A DNA stretch of 64,000 nucleotides from Marispirochaeta sp. Lineage in GTDB: Bacteria; Spirochaetota; Spirochaetia; JC444; Marispirochaetaceae. The stretch covers positions 1,120,001 to 1,184,000 of the forward strand of contig CAXXFF010000002.1 in the NCBI GenBank assembly GCA_963676835.2, read 5' to 3'. Below are positions 29,429 to 38,347 of this stretch, piece by piece (position 1 is the stretch's first letter; each line of letters starts with the position of its first letter). Under the pieces are notes generated by a model that was not told where the DNA came from, ran no database searches, and saw only the letters and a list, made by a program, of their open reading frames with translations. The position numbers and the translations under genes are program-made.

Positions 29429-29467
29429 TTAAGAGGTTAAGAGGTTAAGAGGTTAAGAGGTTAAGAG
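29429..29467. repeat. Tandem repeat (TTAAGAGG)x4.9
   Basis: Four full units plus TTAAGAG, between convergent genes. Confidence 0.95.
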
Positions 29468-29474
29468 TCCTGCT

Positions 29475-30236
29475 TTAAAAACGCAGCAGGACTCCTGTTC
29501 CCAGTACAAATACCCTGTCGGTAACCGTGTAATCAGGATCACCGGCATCCTTCACGTCTTCCGAGGTGCTCCAGGTCTTCATGGTATAGGCACCGAAAAG
29601 TTCCACCTTCATTACCGGTGATACATGGTAGATGAAATTCAGGTAGGGGTTCTGTTCGTAGAGCAGGACCTCTGAAAAATTCAGGGGAAAATAGAGGCCG
29701 TACTGAAGGCCGCCGGTCCAGACAGGTTCTCTGTTCTGCATATAGGTATAGTTCAGTCCCGGGCGTACCAGCAGGGTCTGGTGATTGTTATAACTGTTCC
29801 AGGTCCAGCGGTTTTTCAGCATAAATACCCAGTTTTCCCCCGGCAGCGCCGGTACCAGAAAGCGCGGGCTCAGGTCGATACTTAAAAGATGTTCCAGTCT
29901 GTCTGTTGTGCTGTCCCACCACCAGTGTGTGGGAGTTCCTATCCAGTCGTCGTCGTGCAGGGCCCCGGCCTGCAGGGTATAGAAGAGTCCGGCTTTAACA
30001 TTCGGGTGAAGACGGTAATAACCTCCCAGCATTAATGCCCTGTACTGCAGGTCTCCCTCTTCAATCTTTGCCGTCAGGTTAAGCATGGGTTCAAGATTCC
30101 CAAGATCGGTTGAGGCATTAAAACGGAACTGATAGTCCAGCTCATTGCTGCGTTCCGCCGGTGCTGCTCCCAGGGGCATTGCTGTTATTGTGACTGCCAG
30201 GACGAGAAGGATGAAGAATCTGCTTTTCTCAGTCAT
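29475..30236 (-). CDS. Probable outer-membrane beta-barrel protein
   Basis: Signal peptide from MTEKSRFF; alternating aromatic strands; C-terminal Phe. Confidence 0.65.
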   Translation of the reverse strand: MTEKSRFFILLVLAVTITAMPLGAAPAERSNELDYQFRFNASTDLGNLEPMLNLTAKIEEGDLQYRALMLGGYYRLHPNVKAGLFYTLQAGALHDDDWIGTPTHWWWDSTTDRLEHLLSIDLSPRFLVPALPGENWVFMLKNRWTWNSYNNHQTLLVRPGLNYTYMQNREPVWTGGLQYGLYFPLNFSEVLLYEQNPYLNFIYHVSPVMKVELFGAYTMKTWSTSEDVKDAGDPDYTVTDRVFVLGTGVLLRF

Positions 30237-30885
30237 AATCAATATCCAGCAGATCCGAGTAGGCCCCGGAAAGATCTGTGTTATCAATAACGGCCCCGGC
30301 TTCTGGGTCGGTATTCCAGTTTAAATCTTTCGTCCATGCATAAAATTGGGGCGGGGTAATGCGGTTTCCGTTTAGAATATTCACCCCTTCACCTGCCTCT
30401 ACCAGAACCTCTGCGGCAGCTGCCGCCACCGCCACGGTTCCTTCATTTACGCAGAGCCAGATATCCGGGTCAGTCTCAACCGCCCTGCCGTAGGCAATAA
30501 AGAACTCGGTTCCCCGTACTCCCGCTGCGATTGACGGGGTAGTCACGGAATAGGAATCGTTGTTGAAAAGCTTTGCTATGCGGGAGAATATTCCTCCTTT
30601 CTGCAGATGAACCTCAGTTTTTGAGCTGAGGGAATCCAGTCTGAGAACTGAGTTTTCCTTCAGTTTTATACGGTCATTTCTTGTGGAAGAGATGATCAGC
30701 ACCGCATCAGCTCCAGTGGACACTATATCTCCCTGTTCCAGGGGTGTACCGAAATCAGCGGGAATCATACGTGTGCCTCTGCGGATTTCTGACTCTCCTT
30801 CAAGGTATTCAATTTGCCAGGCCTGGGGGAGTAAAGAGGAGAGGCAGAAAAATGTGAAAAATGTTATAATGGAAAAGGTTTTCAC
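30229..30885 (-). CDS. FecR-domain protein
   Basis: GDIVSTG, IKLKENS, VTTPSIAAGVRGTEF, VNEGTV. Confidence 0.85.
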   Translation of the reverse strand: MKTFSIITFFTFFCLSSLLPQAWQIEYLEGESEIRRGTRMIPADFGTPLEQGDIVSTGADAVLIISSTRNDRIKLKENSVLRLDSLSSKTEVHLQKGGIFSRIAKLFNNDSYSVTTPSIAAGVRGTEFFIAYGRAVETDPDIWLCVNEGTVAVAAAAAEVLVEAGEGVNILNGNRITPPQFYAWTKDLNWNTDPEAGAVIDNTDLSGAYSDLLDIDYD

Positions 30886-31042
30886 GGTTTTTCTCCTGGA
30901 ACAAATATAATAAAAACAGTCATAAATAAGGGAAAAATCTTGTGCTTATCTGTGACCTGTGTTTGTTGACCGTTGACAAAAGACAATAAAGGACTATAGT
31001 GAACAATAGAGCCCATTTGCGGCGAAATATAGGAGTTGTGCC

Positions 31043-31498
31043 ATGTCGTTGCCGGATTTGATTACCCCGGACAGTGTTGTTCTGCTGAAATCAGAAACAA
31101 AGCGTTCTGCCCTTGAAGAACTTGTTGCGGAGGTGCCGGAAGGGGCATGTGCATTATCCCCTGCAGATATTCTTGAAAAGCTGCTGGCCCGGGAAGAGCT
31201 TATGAGTACCGGTATCGGCCTTGGTCTGGGTATTCCCCATATACGCACGGCGGAGATCCATAAGCCTGTTCTCAGAATAGGCATCCAGCCTGCAGGCATT
31301 TCTGATTACGCTGCCATCGATGAGGTTCCGGTTCAGATTCTTTTTATGATTCTTATGAACGAAAAGCAGCAGAGAGAGCATCTTGCCCTGCTTTCCGAGA
31401 TTGTACGACTTATGAAAAAAGAGGGACTCCACGATTCTCTTGTAAAAGCGGAAACAGCCGCCGATGCTGCAGCTGTTCTCCTGTCAATGCTTAGTTAA
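31043..31498 (+). CDS. PTS EIIA (fructose/nitrogen type)
   Basis: LLAREELMSTGIGLGLGIPH phospho-His motif; HLALLSEI. Confidence 0.9.
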   Translation: MSLPDLITPDSVVLLKSETKRSALEELVAEVPEGACALSPADILEKLLAREELMSTGIGLGLGIPHIRTAEIHKPVLRIGIQPAGISDYAAIDEVPVQILFMILMNEKQQREHLALLSEIVRLMKKEGLHDSLVKAETAADAAAVLLSMLS

Positions 31499-31517
31499 TA
31501 TTCACAGAGGTTGGAAA

Positions 31518-33185
31518 ATGCACGTACTCGAACTTATTCATGGCAGGCTGCATGTTGAAGAACTGAATGCCCTTCTTTTTGTGGGAATAGCTCTCTTCGG
31601 GGGTACCATCGGGGGGCGGCTCTTTCAGCAGCTGAAGATTCCCCAGGTAATCGGGTACATAGTTATAGGTCTGATTCTTGGTGAGTCGGGACTTCATTTT
31701 ATGACAGCCTCTGTTATGTCCCGGTTTCAGCCCATCAACTACATTGCCCTGGGGCTTATCAGCTTCAGCCTCGGAGGTGAGCTGAAGATGGATATGCTGA
31801 GAAAAAACGGCAGGCAGTTTACCTATCTGCTCTTTTTCGAAGCCTTCGGAGCCTTTATTCTGGTTTCCCTGGCAGCATATCTGCCTTTGTCGATGCTCTT
31901 TCCTTCCGCCTCAGCAGTGGCAATAAGTCTGCTTTTAGGCAGTATCTCCGCAGCCACCGCTGCTGCAGGAACCACCGATGTACTCTGGGAATACCGGGCA
32001 AAGGGTGAGGTTACCAGTACCCTCTTAGGTATTATTGCCCTGGACGATATCCTTGCCCTTTTTCTCTTTACCATTCTTGCCAGTGTTCTCTCTCCGCTTC
32101 TCGGCTTCGGCGGCGGCAATATTCTGCTTACCCTTTTTCATCCTGTTTATGAAACCCTCGGTGCAGTGCTCCTCGGGATGCTTGCCGGAAATGTTCTTAT
32201 CTGGCTTTTGAAAAAGTATACCGAAGAAGAGCGGATATTTGTTTTCGCCATGGGAGCTATCTTTCTGGTTCTGGGATTCTCCCGCTTTCTGGAAGTGGAT
32301 ATGCTCATGACCGCCATGATTATGGGGGCGGTTTTTGTAAACAAGGCACCCCGGAAGAGTAAGGTTGTTTTCGGTCTGATTGACCGCTTTTCAACTCCCA
32401 TCTATGTGCTCTTTTTTGTCTTTGTCGGTGCAACCCTCAAATTCAGTGCCCTCTCGCTTTCGGTCGCACTGCTGATTGCGGTATTTATTATTGCCCGGTT
32501 TATGGGAAAGCTTGTAGGAATCAAGGCCGGCAGCCGCCTTGCGGGGGCGTCGCAGAGTATCAGTAAGTATCTGCCCTTCTGTCTGATGAGCCAATCCGGT
32601 GTTGCTGTAGGTCTTTCGATTATTGCCGCACAGAAGTTTCCCGGCGTTGTGGGGGAAACCATCCTCATGGTGGTTACCACTTCCACCTTTATTGTTCAGC
32701 TCCTCGGGCCAGCCATGATAAAGTTCGCCATTCAGAAAGCCGGCGAAGCCGGCAGGAATGTAACCGAGGAAAACCTCAAGGAACAGTTCCACCTGTCGGA
32801 TGTGTTAGGTGAGGAAAACCAGTTTGTTAAGGAAGGGACTCCCATTCAGCAGGTAATCCATCAGTTTGCTTCAGGTCGTTCCAATGAAATCGGAGTAGTT
32901 AATGCCAGTGGGTTGCTTACCGGTGTTATTACCTTTGAAAACCTTAAAGGAATTCTGGCTGCACCGGAGATCAACTTCTTTCTTCTTGCGGTGGATGTAA
33001 TGAGTCCCGTCCCGCTTTCTGCTTCCCAGGAGATAAATCTCCGTGAGGCGGAAAGGCTTATGCGTCAGAGCGGTGTCGACTATGTGGCTGTTATTGGTGA
33101 AGGAGCCGAGACCCGCGGCATGGTTGAGCAGCGCATGATCGACGCCTTCGCCCGGCGCAAGTACCTGGAGCTGCAGGAAGCCTGA
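31518..33185 (+). CDS. Cation:proton antiporter with C-terminal CBS pair
   Basis: About 12 TMs, KIPQVIGY, IIALDD, SQSGVAVGL; CBS-like tail. Confidence 0.87.
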   Translation: MHVLELIHGRLHVEELNALLFVGIALFGGTIGGRLFQQLKIPQVIGYIVIGLILGESGLHFMTASVMSRFQPINYIALGLISFSLGGELKMDMLRKNGRQFTYLLFFEAFGAFILVSLAAYLPLSMLFPSASAVAISLLLGSISAATAAAGTTDVLWEYRAKGEVTSTLLGIIALDDILALFLFTILASVLSPLLGFGGGNILLTLFHPVYETLGAVLLGMLAGNVLIWLLKKYTEEERIFVFAMGAIFLVLGFSRFLEVDMLMTAMIMGAVFVNKAPRKSKVVFGLIDRFSTPIYVLFFVFVGATLKFSALSLSVALLIAVFIIARFMGKLVGIKAGSRLAGASQSISKYLPFCLMSQSGVAVGLSIIAAQKFPGVVGETILMVVTTSTFIVQLLGPAMIKFAIQKAGEAGRNVTEENLKEQFHLSDVLGEENQFVKEGTPIQQVIHQFASGRSNEIGVVNASGLLTGVITFENLKGILAAPEINFFLLAVDVMSPVPLSASQEINLREAERLMRQSGVDYVAVIGEGAETRGMVEQRMIDAFARRKYLELQEA

Positions 33186-33206
33186 ATTCAGCTCACCTCA
33201 AATAGA

Positions 33207-34118
33207 TCAGGAAAAAAGCGGTGCTGCTATTCCGATGATCAATGCCGCGGCATAGGCGAAGCTGAAGGTTATAAATATTTTCGAGATACTTCCCATGGAG
33301 GGGCCTTTGGTTTCGTGGGAGAAGCCTCTACTGTACATCCCGCGCAATGTCGGAATGATAATAAAAAGTGACAGCCCCAGGGGAATAACACCCGGAAGAG
33401 GTAAAATGCCCCTCTGTCCAAGTCCTGCTGCAAGCAGCAGTCCGAGGCTTATATAAAGAGTCATTACCCAGGGGGCACGCTTTGATCCCAGCAGAATAGC
33501 CAGGGTTCTTCTGCCCGCCCGTTTATCCCCTTCTATGTCGCAGGCATTATTGGCAGCAAGAATTGCGGCGATCATCATCGAGGGAGGAAGGGATACCAGG
33601 AATCCTTTCAGGCTGATATCACCGCTCAGGATATAAACGGTAATCAGAAAGAAGACACTTCCCAGAAAGCCTCCAGCGAAGAGCTCCCCCAGGGGTGTCC
33701 GGCTTATGGGGTAGGGGCCTCCGGTGTAGAAGAATCCCACCGCCATGCAGACTGCTCCTGCAGCAGCAACTTCCCAGCCTGCAAGCCACGCAATTATTCC
33801 TCCGAGAATTACCGCGGCGGCATAACAGCCTGCGGCGGCTATGAACGCCTTCTCCGGCGGTACATTCTCATGCACCAGTACCTTGGCGGTTTCCTGATTT
33901 TCCTGTTTATGGTCAACAGCATTAAGAAAATCGAAGAAGGTGTTGAAAGCAGTAGTCCCCATATCTACCGCCAGGGCAGCTGCAAAGGTAAGCAGCGCAA
34001 GGTACCAGGGAACTGTTCCGTATTCGCCCAGGGCATAGAGCAGGGCAAGAAAAAACGTGGAAATACTGACAATCTTTGTGCGAATTTCCACAATGGCAAA
34101 GAACTGGCTTATGGTCAT
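33207..34118 (-). CDS. menA: 1,4-dihydroxy-2-naphthoate prenyltransferase (UbiA family)
   Basis: NTFFDFLNAVD, YTGGPYPIS..PLGE, NNACDIEGDKRAGRRTL. Confidence 0.8.
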   Translation of the reverse strand: MTISQFFAIVEIRTKIVSISTFFLALLYALGEYGTVPWYLALLTFAAALAVDMGTTAFNTFFDFLNAVDHKQENQETAKVLVHENVPPEKAFIAAAGCYAAAVILGGIIAWLAGWEVAAAGAVCMAVGFFYTGGPYPISRTPLGELFAGGFLGSVFFLITVYILSGDISLKGFLVSLPPSMMIAAILAANNACDIEGDKRAGRRTLAILLGSKRAPWVMTLYISLGLLLAAGLGQRGILPLPGVIPLGLSLFIIIPTLRGMYSRGFSHETKGPSMGSISKIFITFSFAYAAALIIGIAAPLFS

Positions 34119-34183
34119 GGCTTAATACTACAACAGCAGGTAATTACTTGTATATGCGGCTCCTTAGGTCTAATCTGACAGAT

Positions 34184-35365
34184 ATGGATGCACTGAATTT
34201 TGACTATGCACAGATTCCTTCACCGGCCTATGTGCTGGATGAAAGCCTTCTCCGCGGCAATCTGCAGACTATTTCCGCTGTGGCGGAACAGGCCGGGGTA
34301 AGGATTATCCCGGCTCTGAAGGGCTTTTCATTCTGGCGGGTTTTTCCTCTTGTTGCTGAATACGTAAGTGCTGCGGCAGCCAGTTCTCTCAACGAGGCCC
34401 GGCTTATCAGGGAAAATATGAATCTCCATGCACACACCTACGCGCCGGTTTTCCGCGGGGAAGATTTCAGCGAAGTTCTGAACTGTTCTTCTCATATAAC
34501 CTTCAACTCCTTCTCTCAGGTTCGGCGCTTCCTGCCGCAAATAGCTGATTTTAATGGTCAGCAGGAGCGCCGGGTCTCCTGGGGTATCCGGGTTAATCCG
34601 GGGTTTTCTCCGGTGGAGACGGATCTCTATAACCCCGCCTCGTCAATAAGCCGTCTGGGGATGCAGCGGGATGAGGTTGACCGTCTGCTCAAAGACCTGG
34701 TTCCCGAAGGGCTGCATGTGCATGCACTGTGTGAATCGACAGCTGCAGATACGGCCGAACTGATAGGGCATGTCCGGGAAAAGTGGGGTGATCTGCTGTC
34801 CCGGGTTTCCTGGCTTAACCTTGGCGGGGGGCATCTTCTTACCCGTAAAGGCTACGATCATAATCTGCTTATTGCTTCTCTGAGAGAGTTGGGGGAGGCA
34901 TACCCGAACCTGCAGATTTATCTGGAGCCGGGCAGCGCCTTCGCCTGGGAGACCGGTGTGCTCCGGGCCTCCGTTGAGGATGTAGTCTGCCGGGGCGGTG
35001 TGAATACTGCTATTGTGGATGTCTCCTTTACCGCCCATATGCCGGACTGCCTGGAAATGCCTTATCAGCCCCGTATCCGGGGGGCACAGATTGCTGCGGG
35101 AGGGATCGGCCCGGCAGATTCCGGCTGGCGTTGCCGTATCGGCGGTAACAGCTGCCTTGCCGGGGATGTTATGGGAGACTGGTTATTTCCGGATCCTCTG
35201 CAGGTCGGGGACACAATTGTATTTGAAGATATGATCCACTACACCATGGTAAAAACAACCATGTTCAACGGCGTTCATCACCCGGACATCGGTATAATTG
35301 ACGAAGTTGGAAAGTATCGGGTTCTCCGCAGTTTTTCCTATTCCGATTACCGGGACCGGCTGTAG
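34184..35365 (+). CDS. nspC: Carboxynorspermidine decarboxylase
   Basis: PSPAYVLDE, ALKGF (PLP Lys), SSLNEA, NLGGGH, EPG, HMPDCLEMPY, SCLAGD, HYTMVKTTMFNG. Confidence 0.93.
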   Translation: MDALNFDYAQIPSPAYVLDESLLRGNLQTISAVAEQAGVRIIPALKGFSFWRVFPLVAEYVSAAAASSLNEARLIRENMNLHAHTYAPVFRGEDFSEVLNCSSHITFNSFSQVRRFLPQIADFNGQQERRVSWGIRVNPGFSPVETDLYNPASSISRLGMQRDEVDRLLKDLVPEGLHVHALCESTAADTAELIGHVREKWGDLLSRVSWLNLGGGHLLTRKGYDHNLLIASLRELGEAYPNLQIYLEPGSAFAWETGVLRASVEDVVCRGGVNTAIVDVSFTAHMPDCLEMPYQPRIRGAQIAAGGIGPADSGWRCRIGGNSCLAGDVMGDWLFPDPLQVGDTIVFEDMIHYTMVKTTMFNGVHHPDIGIIDEVGKYRVLRSFSYSDYRDRL

Positions 35366-36118
35366 GTGGCATCGGTTCAGCTCATAGGAATCGACTGCGC
35401 CGTCGCACATGAAAATACCGGTCTCTGCCTCTGCCGCTATGAGGATGGATTGATTCATGTTCTTGAAGGAGTGAGCGGGGCAGAACTCAGCCCTGCGGAA
35501 CATGTTGCCCGGTGGTGTACTGAAAATCCGCCCCTGGTCCTGGGGTTGGATGCTCCCCTGGGCTGGCCTTCAGCGCTTGGGGACTGCCTGAAGTCCCATG
35601 CCGCGGGAGGCTCTCTCCCGATTGCTGCCAACTCTCTATTCCGCAGGTATACCGATGATTTTACCGCTGCTGCAGCGGGCAAGCGTCCAATGGATGTCGC
35701 CGCTGACCGCATTGCCCGAACGGCAAAAGCAGCCCTTGATCTGCTTGACGACCTGAGGAGTCGAACCGGCAGAGCGCTTCCACTGGGATGGCACCCCGGG
35801 CGGATTCCCGGTGATGCTGTGCTTGAGACCTATCCTGCCGCGTGGCTCAAGGTAAACGGCCTGCGCTTCCAGGGCTACAAAAAGAAGGAGCAGCGGAAGG
35901 AACGGGAAGAGATTCTTGCCGCACTGGGATCAAGGATTATTCTGGAATGTCATGATAGTCCCTTTATTGACGATGCGGATATTCTCGATGCACTTCTCTG
36001 TACTCTGGTTTCCGCGGATTATCTTGAAAGCAACGTTTACCCCGTTCCGCCGGAAAAAGCAGAAACGGCCCGAAGGGAGGGCTGGATCTGGCTGCCGGAA
36101 AAGGCGGTTCTTGCCTGA
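35366..36118 (+). CDS. DUF429 family protein (RNase H-like)
   Basis: IGIDCA, GLDAPLGWP, R.TD, LETYPAA, DALLC. Confidence 0.85.
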   Translation: MASVQLIGIDCAVAHENTGLCLCRYEDGLIHVLEGVSGAELSPAEHVARWCTENPPLVLGLDAPLGWPSALGDCLKSHAAGGSLPIAANSLFRRYTDDFTAAAAGKRPMDVAADRIARTAKAALDLLDDLRSRTGRALPLGWHPGRIPGDAVLETYPAAWLKVNGLRFQGYKKKEQRKEREEILAALGSRIILECHDSPFIDDADILDALLCTLVSADYLESNVYPVPPEKAETARREGWIWLPEKAVLA

Positions 36119-36168
36119 AACCCTGCAATCTGATAATCTCCGGTAAAATCTTAATTTTCTTTTATTAC

Positions 36169-36251
36169 GGCAAAGAAAAAACACGGCCCTGCAGGTAGTC
36201 CGGGCGGCCGCAATGCGGTCCAGTATCCATCGCAAGATGTCCGTCTTTGTC
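36169..36251 (+). ncRNA. yjdF (azaaromatic) riboswitch aptamer
   Basis: AAAACAC...GGTAGTCCGG...CAGTA.CC...GATGTCC.TC conserved blocks; P1 GGCAAAGA/TCTTTGTC; lies in the leader of a YjdF-family gene. Confidence 0.85.
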
Positions 36252-36284
36252 TCGGGAGAGATGTGTCTCCGGAGGCAGGATAGT

Positions 36285-36665
36285 ATGCAGGTTGTTACAA
36301 CAGTTTTTTTTGACGGTCAATTCTGGATAGCCCTTATTAAAAAACAGGACTCTTCAGGAACCATTTTTACCGGTAAATACACCTTCGGGCCGGAACCGAC
36401 CAATCCCCGGCTGCTTCAGTTTTATCTCAATGACTATGTCCATGTTCCCTGTTATCCCGGGGCACCCCTCAAGGAGAGGTCTGTTCACTGTCTGAACAGG
36501 GGGGATTTAAAGGCGGGAGGTTCCGCTCTTGATCAGTGGAAGGTTCTCCATCAGGCGGAACTTGCCAGCAGAAAACAACACAAAAGGGAAAGACTGAAAC
36601 TTGATGAACGCCAACGATTTGCGCTGCGTCAGGAAAAGAAAAAGCGGAAAAGACGGGGCCGGTAA
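36285..36665 (+). CDS. yjdF: YjdF (DUF2992) family protein
   Basis: TVFFDGQFWI..TFGPEPT..F.LRQEKKKRKRRGR; start 36285 after GGAGG. Confidence 0.85.
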   Translation: MQVVTTVFFDGQFWIALIKKQDSSGTIFTGKYTFGPEPTNPRLLQFYLNDYVHVPCYPGAPLKERSVHCLNRGDLKAGGSALDQWKVLHQAELASRKQHKRERLKLDERQRFALRQEKKKRKRRGR

Positions 36666-36671
36666 AAATTC

Positions 36672-37997
36672 TCAGGCAAATCCCGCAATTAGATCCCGGT
36701 AGAAGTAGTAACTGTCTTTGGGAATACGCTTAAGTCCGTTTTCGTAGTCCGTGTAGATTATTCCGAAGCGTTTGCTGTAGCCGTGGGCCCACTCGAAGTT
36801 ATCCAGCAGGGACCAGGCGAAATAGCCTTTCAGGGGTACTCCCTCCCGGCACAGTCTGCTGCAGGCTTCCAGGTGCCCTTTCAGGTATGCGACCCGTTCC
36901 GGATCATGGCAGCGGCTGCCGTCCCTGTTGAGGGTATCGTCAAAGGCGGCACCGTTTTCGGTAATATACAGATCTATCGGCCCATAGGTGGTATGTACCC
37001 AATTAAGCTGCCGGTAGAGCCCTTCCGGAACAATTGACCAGCCCATGGCGGTTTTTCCCTGGAAAGAAGGTGCTACAGCAAAGCCTTCCGGTTCTCCTTC
37101 ACTGTGTGCAACCGCGTCCTCCCAGTAATAATTCAAACCCAGAAAATCAATGGGGGAGCTGATAACATCCATGTCACGTTCCTTTACCGGCATGCTGACT
37201 GCGGGATCAGTCTCAAGATGGCGCACAGGATAGCCTCTGCCGAAGAGCGGATCCAGGTAGATTCTGCTCTGGCCGTCAAAGCTTCTGTCTGCAGCGTCCA
37301 AATCTTCCTTATTGCGGGTTGCAGGTCGTGGTGTGCTCAGGTTAAGGGTTATACCGATTTTTCCGGGGTAGCCTCCCTGTCTGAACTCCTGTACTGTCAT
37401 GCCGTGGGCGAGATTCAGATGGTGTACCGCATTGTAGGCAAGCTGGCGATCACGTTTTCCGGGGGCATGTTCCCCGTAGAGGTAACCCAGATGGGAAGAG
37501 CACCAGGGCTCGTTTAAGGTAATCCAGCTGGAGACCCGGTCGCTGAAGCTTTTAAAGCAGAGGTTTCCGTAATCCGCAAAGCGGAGGGCGGTATCCCGTT
37601 CCGGCCATCCTCCGGCATCTTCAAGCTCCTGGGGAAGATCCCAGTGGTAGAGGGTTATTACCGGTTCTATGTTGTGATGTAAAAGAGTGTCGATAAGACG
37701 CTGGTAGTAACCGATTCCCGCCTGATTGGGGCTGCTGCTTCCGCCGGGAAGAATCCTGGGCCATGAAAGACTGAAGCGGTATGCCTGAATGCCCGCCTGG
37801 TGCATAAGCTGAATGTCTTCTTCAAAGCGGTGGTACTGGTCGCAGGCGGTGTCGCCGGTGTCTCCATTCTTTACCGCCCCCGGAGTACGGCAGAAGGTGT
37901 CCCATATGCTCATGGTTCTGCCGTCCGTGTTAAAGGCGCCTTCCACCTGGTAACTGGCGGTTGCGCATCCGAAGAGAAAATCCCTGCTGAATTCCAT
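36672..37997 (-). CDS. GH1 beta-glucosidase
   Basis: FLFGCATASYQVEG, TLNEP, YITENG, WSLLDNFEW. Confidence 0.95.
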   Translation of the reverse strand: MEFSRDFLFGCATASYQVEGAFNTDGRTMSIWDTFCRTPGAVKNGDTGDTACDQYHRFEEDIQLMHQAGIQAYRFSLSWPRILPGGSSSPNQAGIGYYQRLIDTLLHHNIEPVITLYHWDLPQELEDAGGWPERDTALRFADYGNLCFKSFSDRVSSWITLNEPWCSSHLGYLYGEHAPGKRDRQLAYNAVHHLNLAHGMTVQEFRQGGYPGKIGITLNLSTPRPATRNKEDLDAADRSFDGQSRIYLDPLFGRGYPVRHLETDPAVSMPVKERDMDVISSPIDFLGLNYYWEDAVAHSEGEPEGFAVAPSFQGKTAMGWSIVPEGLYRQLNWVHTTYGPIDLYITENGAAFDDTLNRDGSRCHDPERVAYLKGHLEACSRLCREGVPLKGYFAWSLLDNFEWAHGYSKRFGIIYTDYENGLKRIPKDSYYFYRDLIAGFA

Positions 37998-38035
37998 AAG
38001 GGCCTCCCTGGTTGGCGGGTATAGAGATCAGTATA

Positions 38036-38347
38036 TCATGAAGTGATTATATCGATGAGTCCGAAGGCGGGTTCTTCGTAGGGATGGGCATTGCGGAGGG
38101 CTTCAAGTACCTGCTGTTTCAGCTCTTTTTCCAGAACCATTTCCACTTTCAGTTCTTTTTCCCGTTCCAGGGTTCCCGGGGTACCCAGAAAAGGAGTGCT
38201 TCCTTGTTCCGGAAGAAACTGGCCGGTTCCTTCAGTCTGCCAGGCGCAGTGGCTGTAGTTGCCGATTTTTCCGGCACCGGCGGCAAAGCAGGCCTCCTTT
38301 ACTTTTTCCGCATGGTTTTCGGGAACGTAGAAATAGAGCTGATACAT
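38036..38347 (-). CDS. NIF3/YqfO-like small protein
   Basis: AAGAGKIGNYSHC, GTGQF, AHPYEEPA. Confidence 0.88.
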   Translation of the reverse strand: MYQLYFYVPENHAEKVKEACFAAGAGKIGNYSHCAWQTEGTGQFLPEQGSTPFLGTPGTLEREKELKVEMVLEKELKQQVLEALRNAHPYEEPAFGLIDIITS

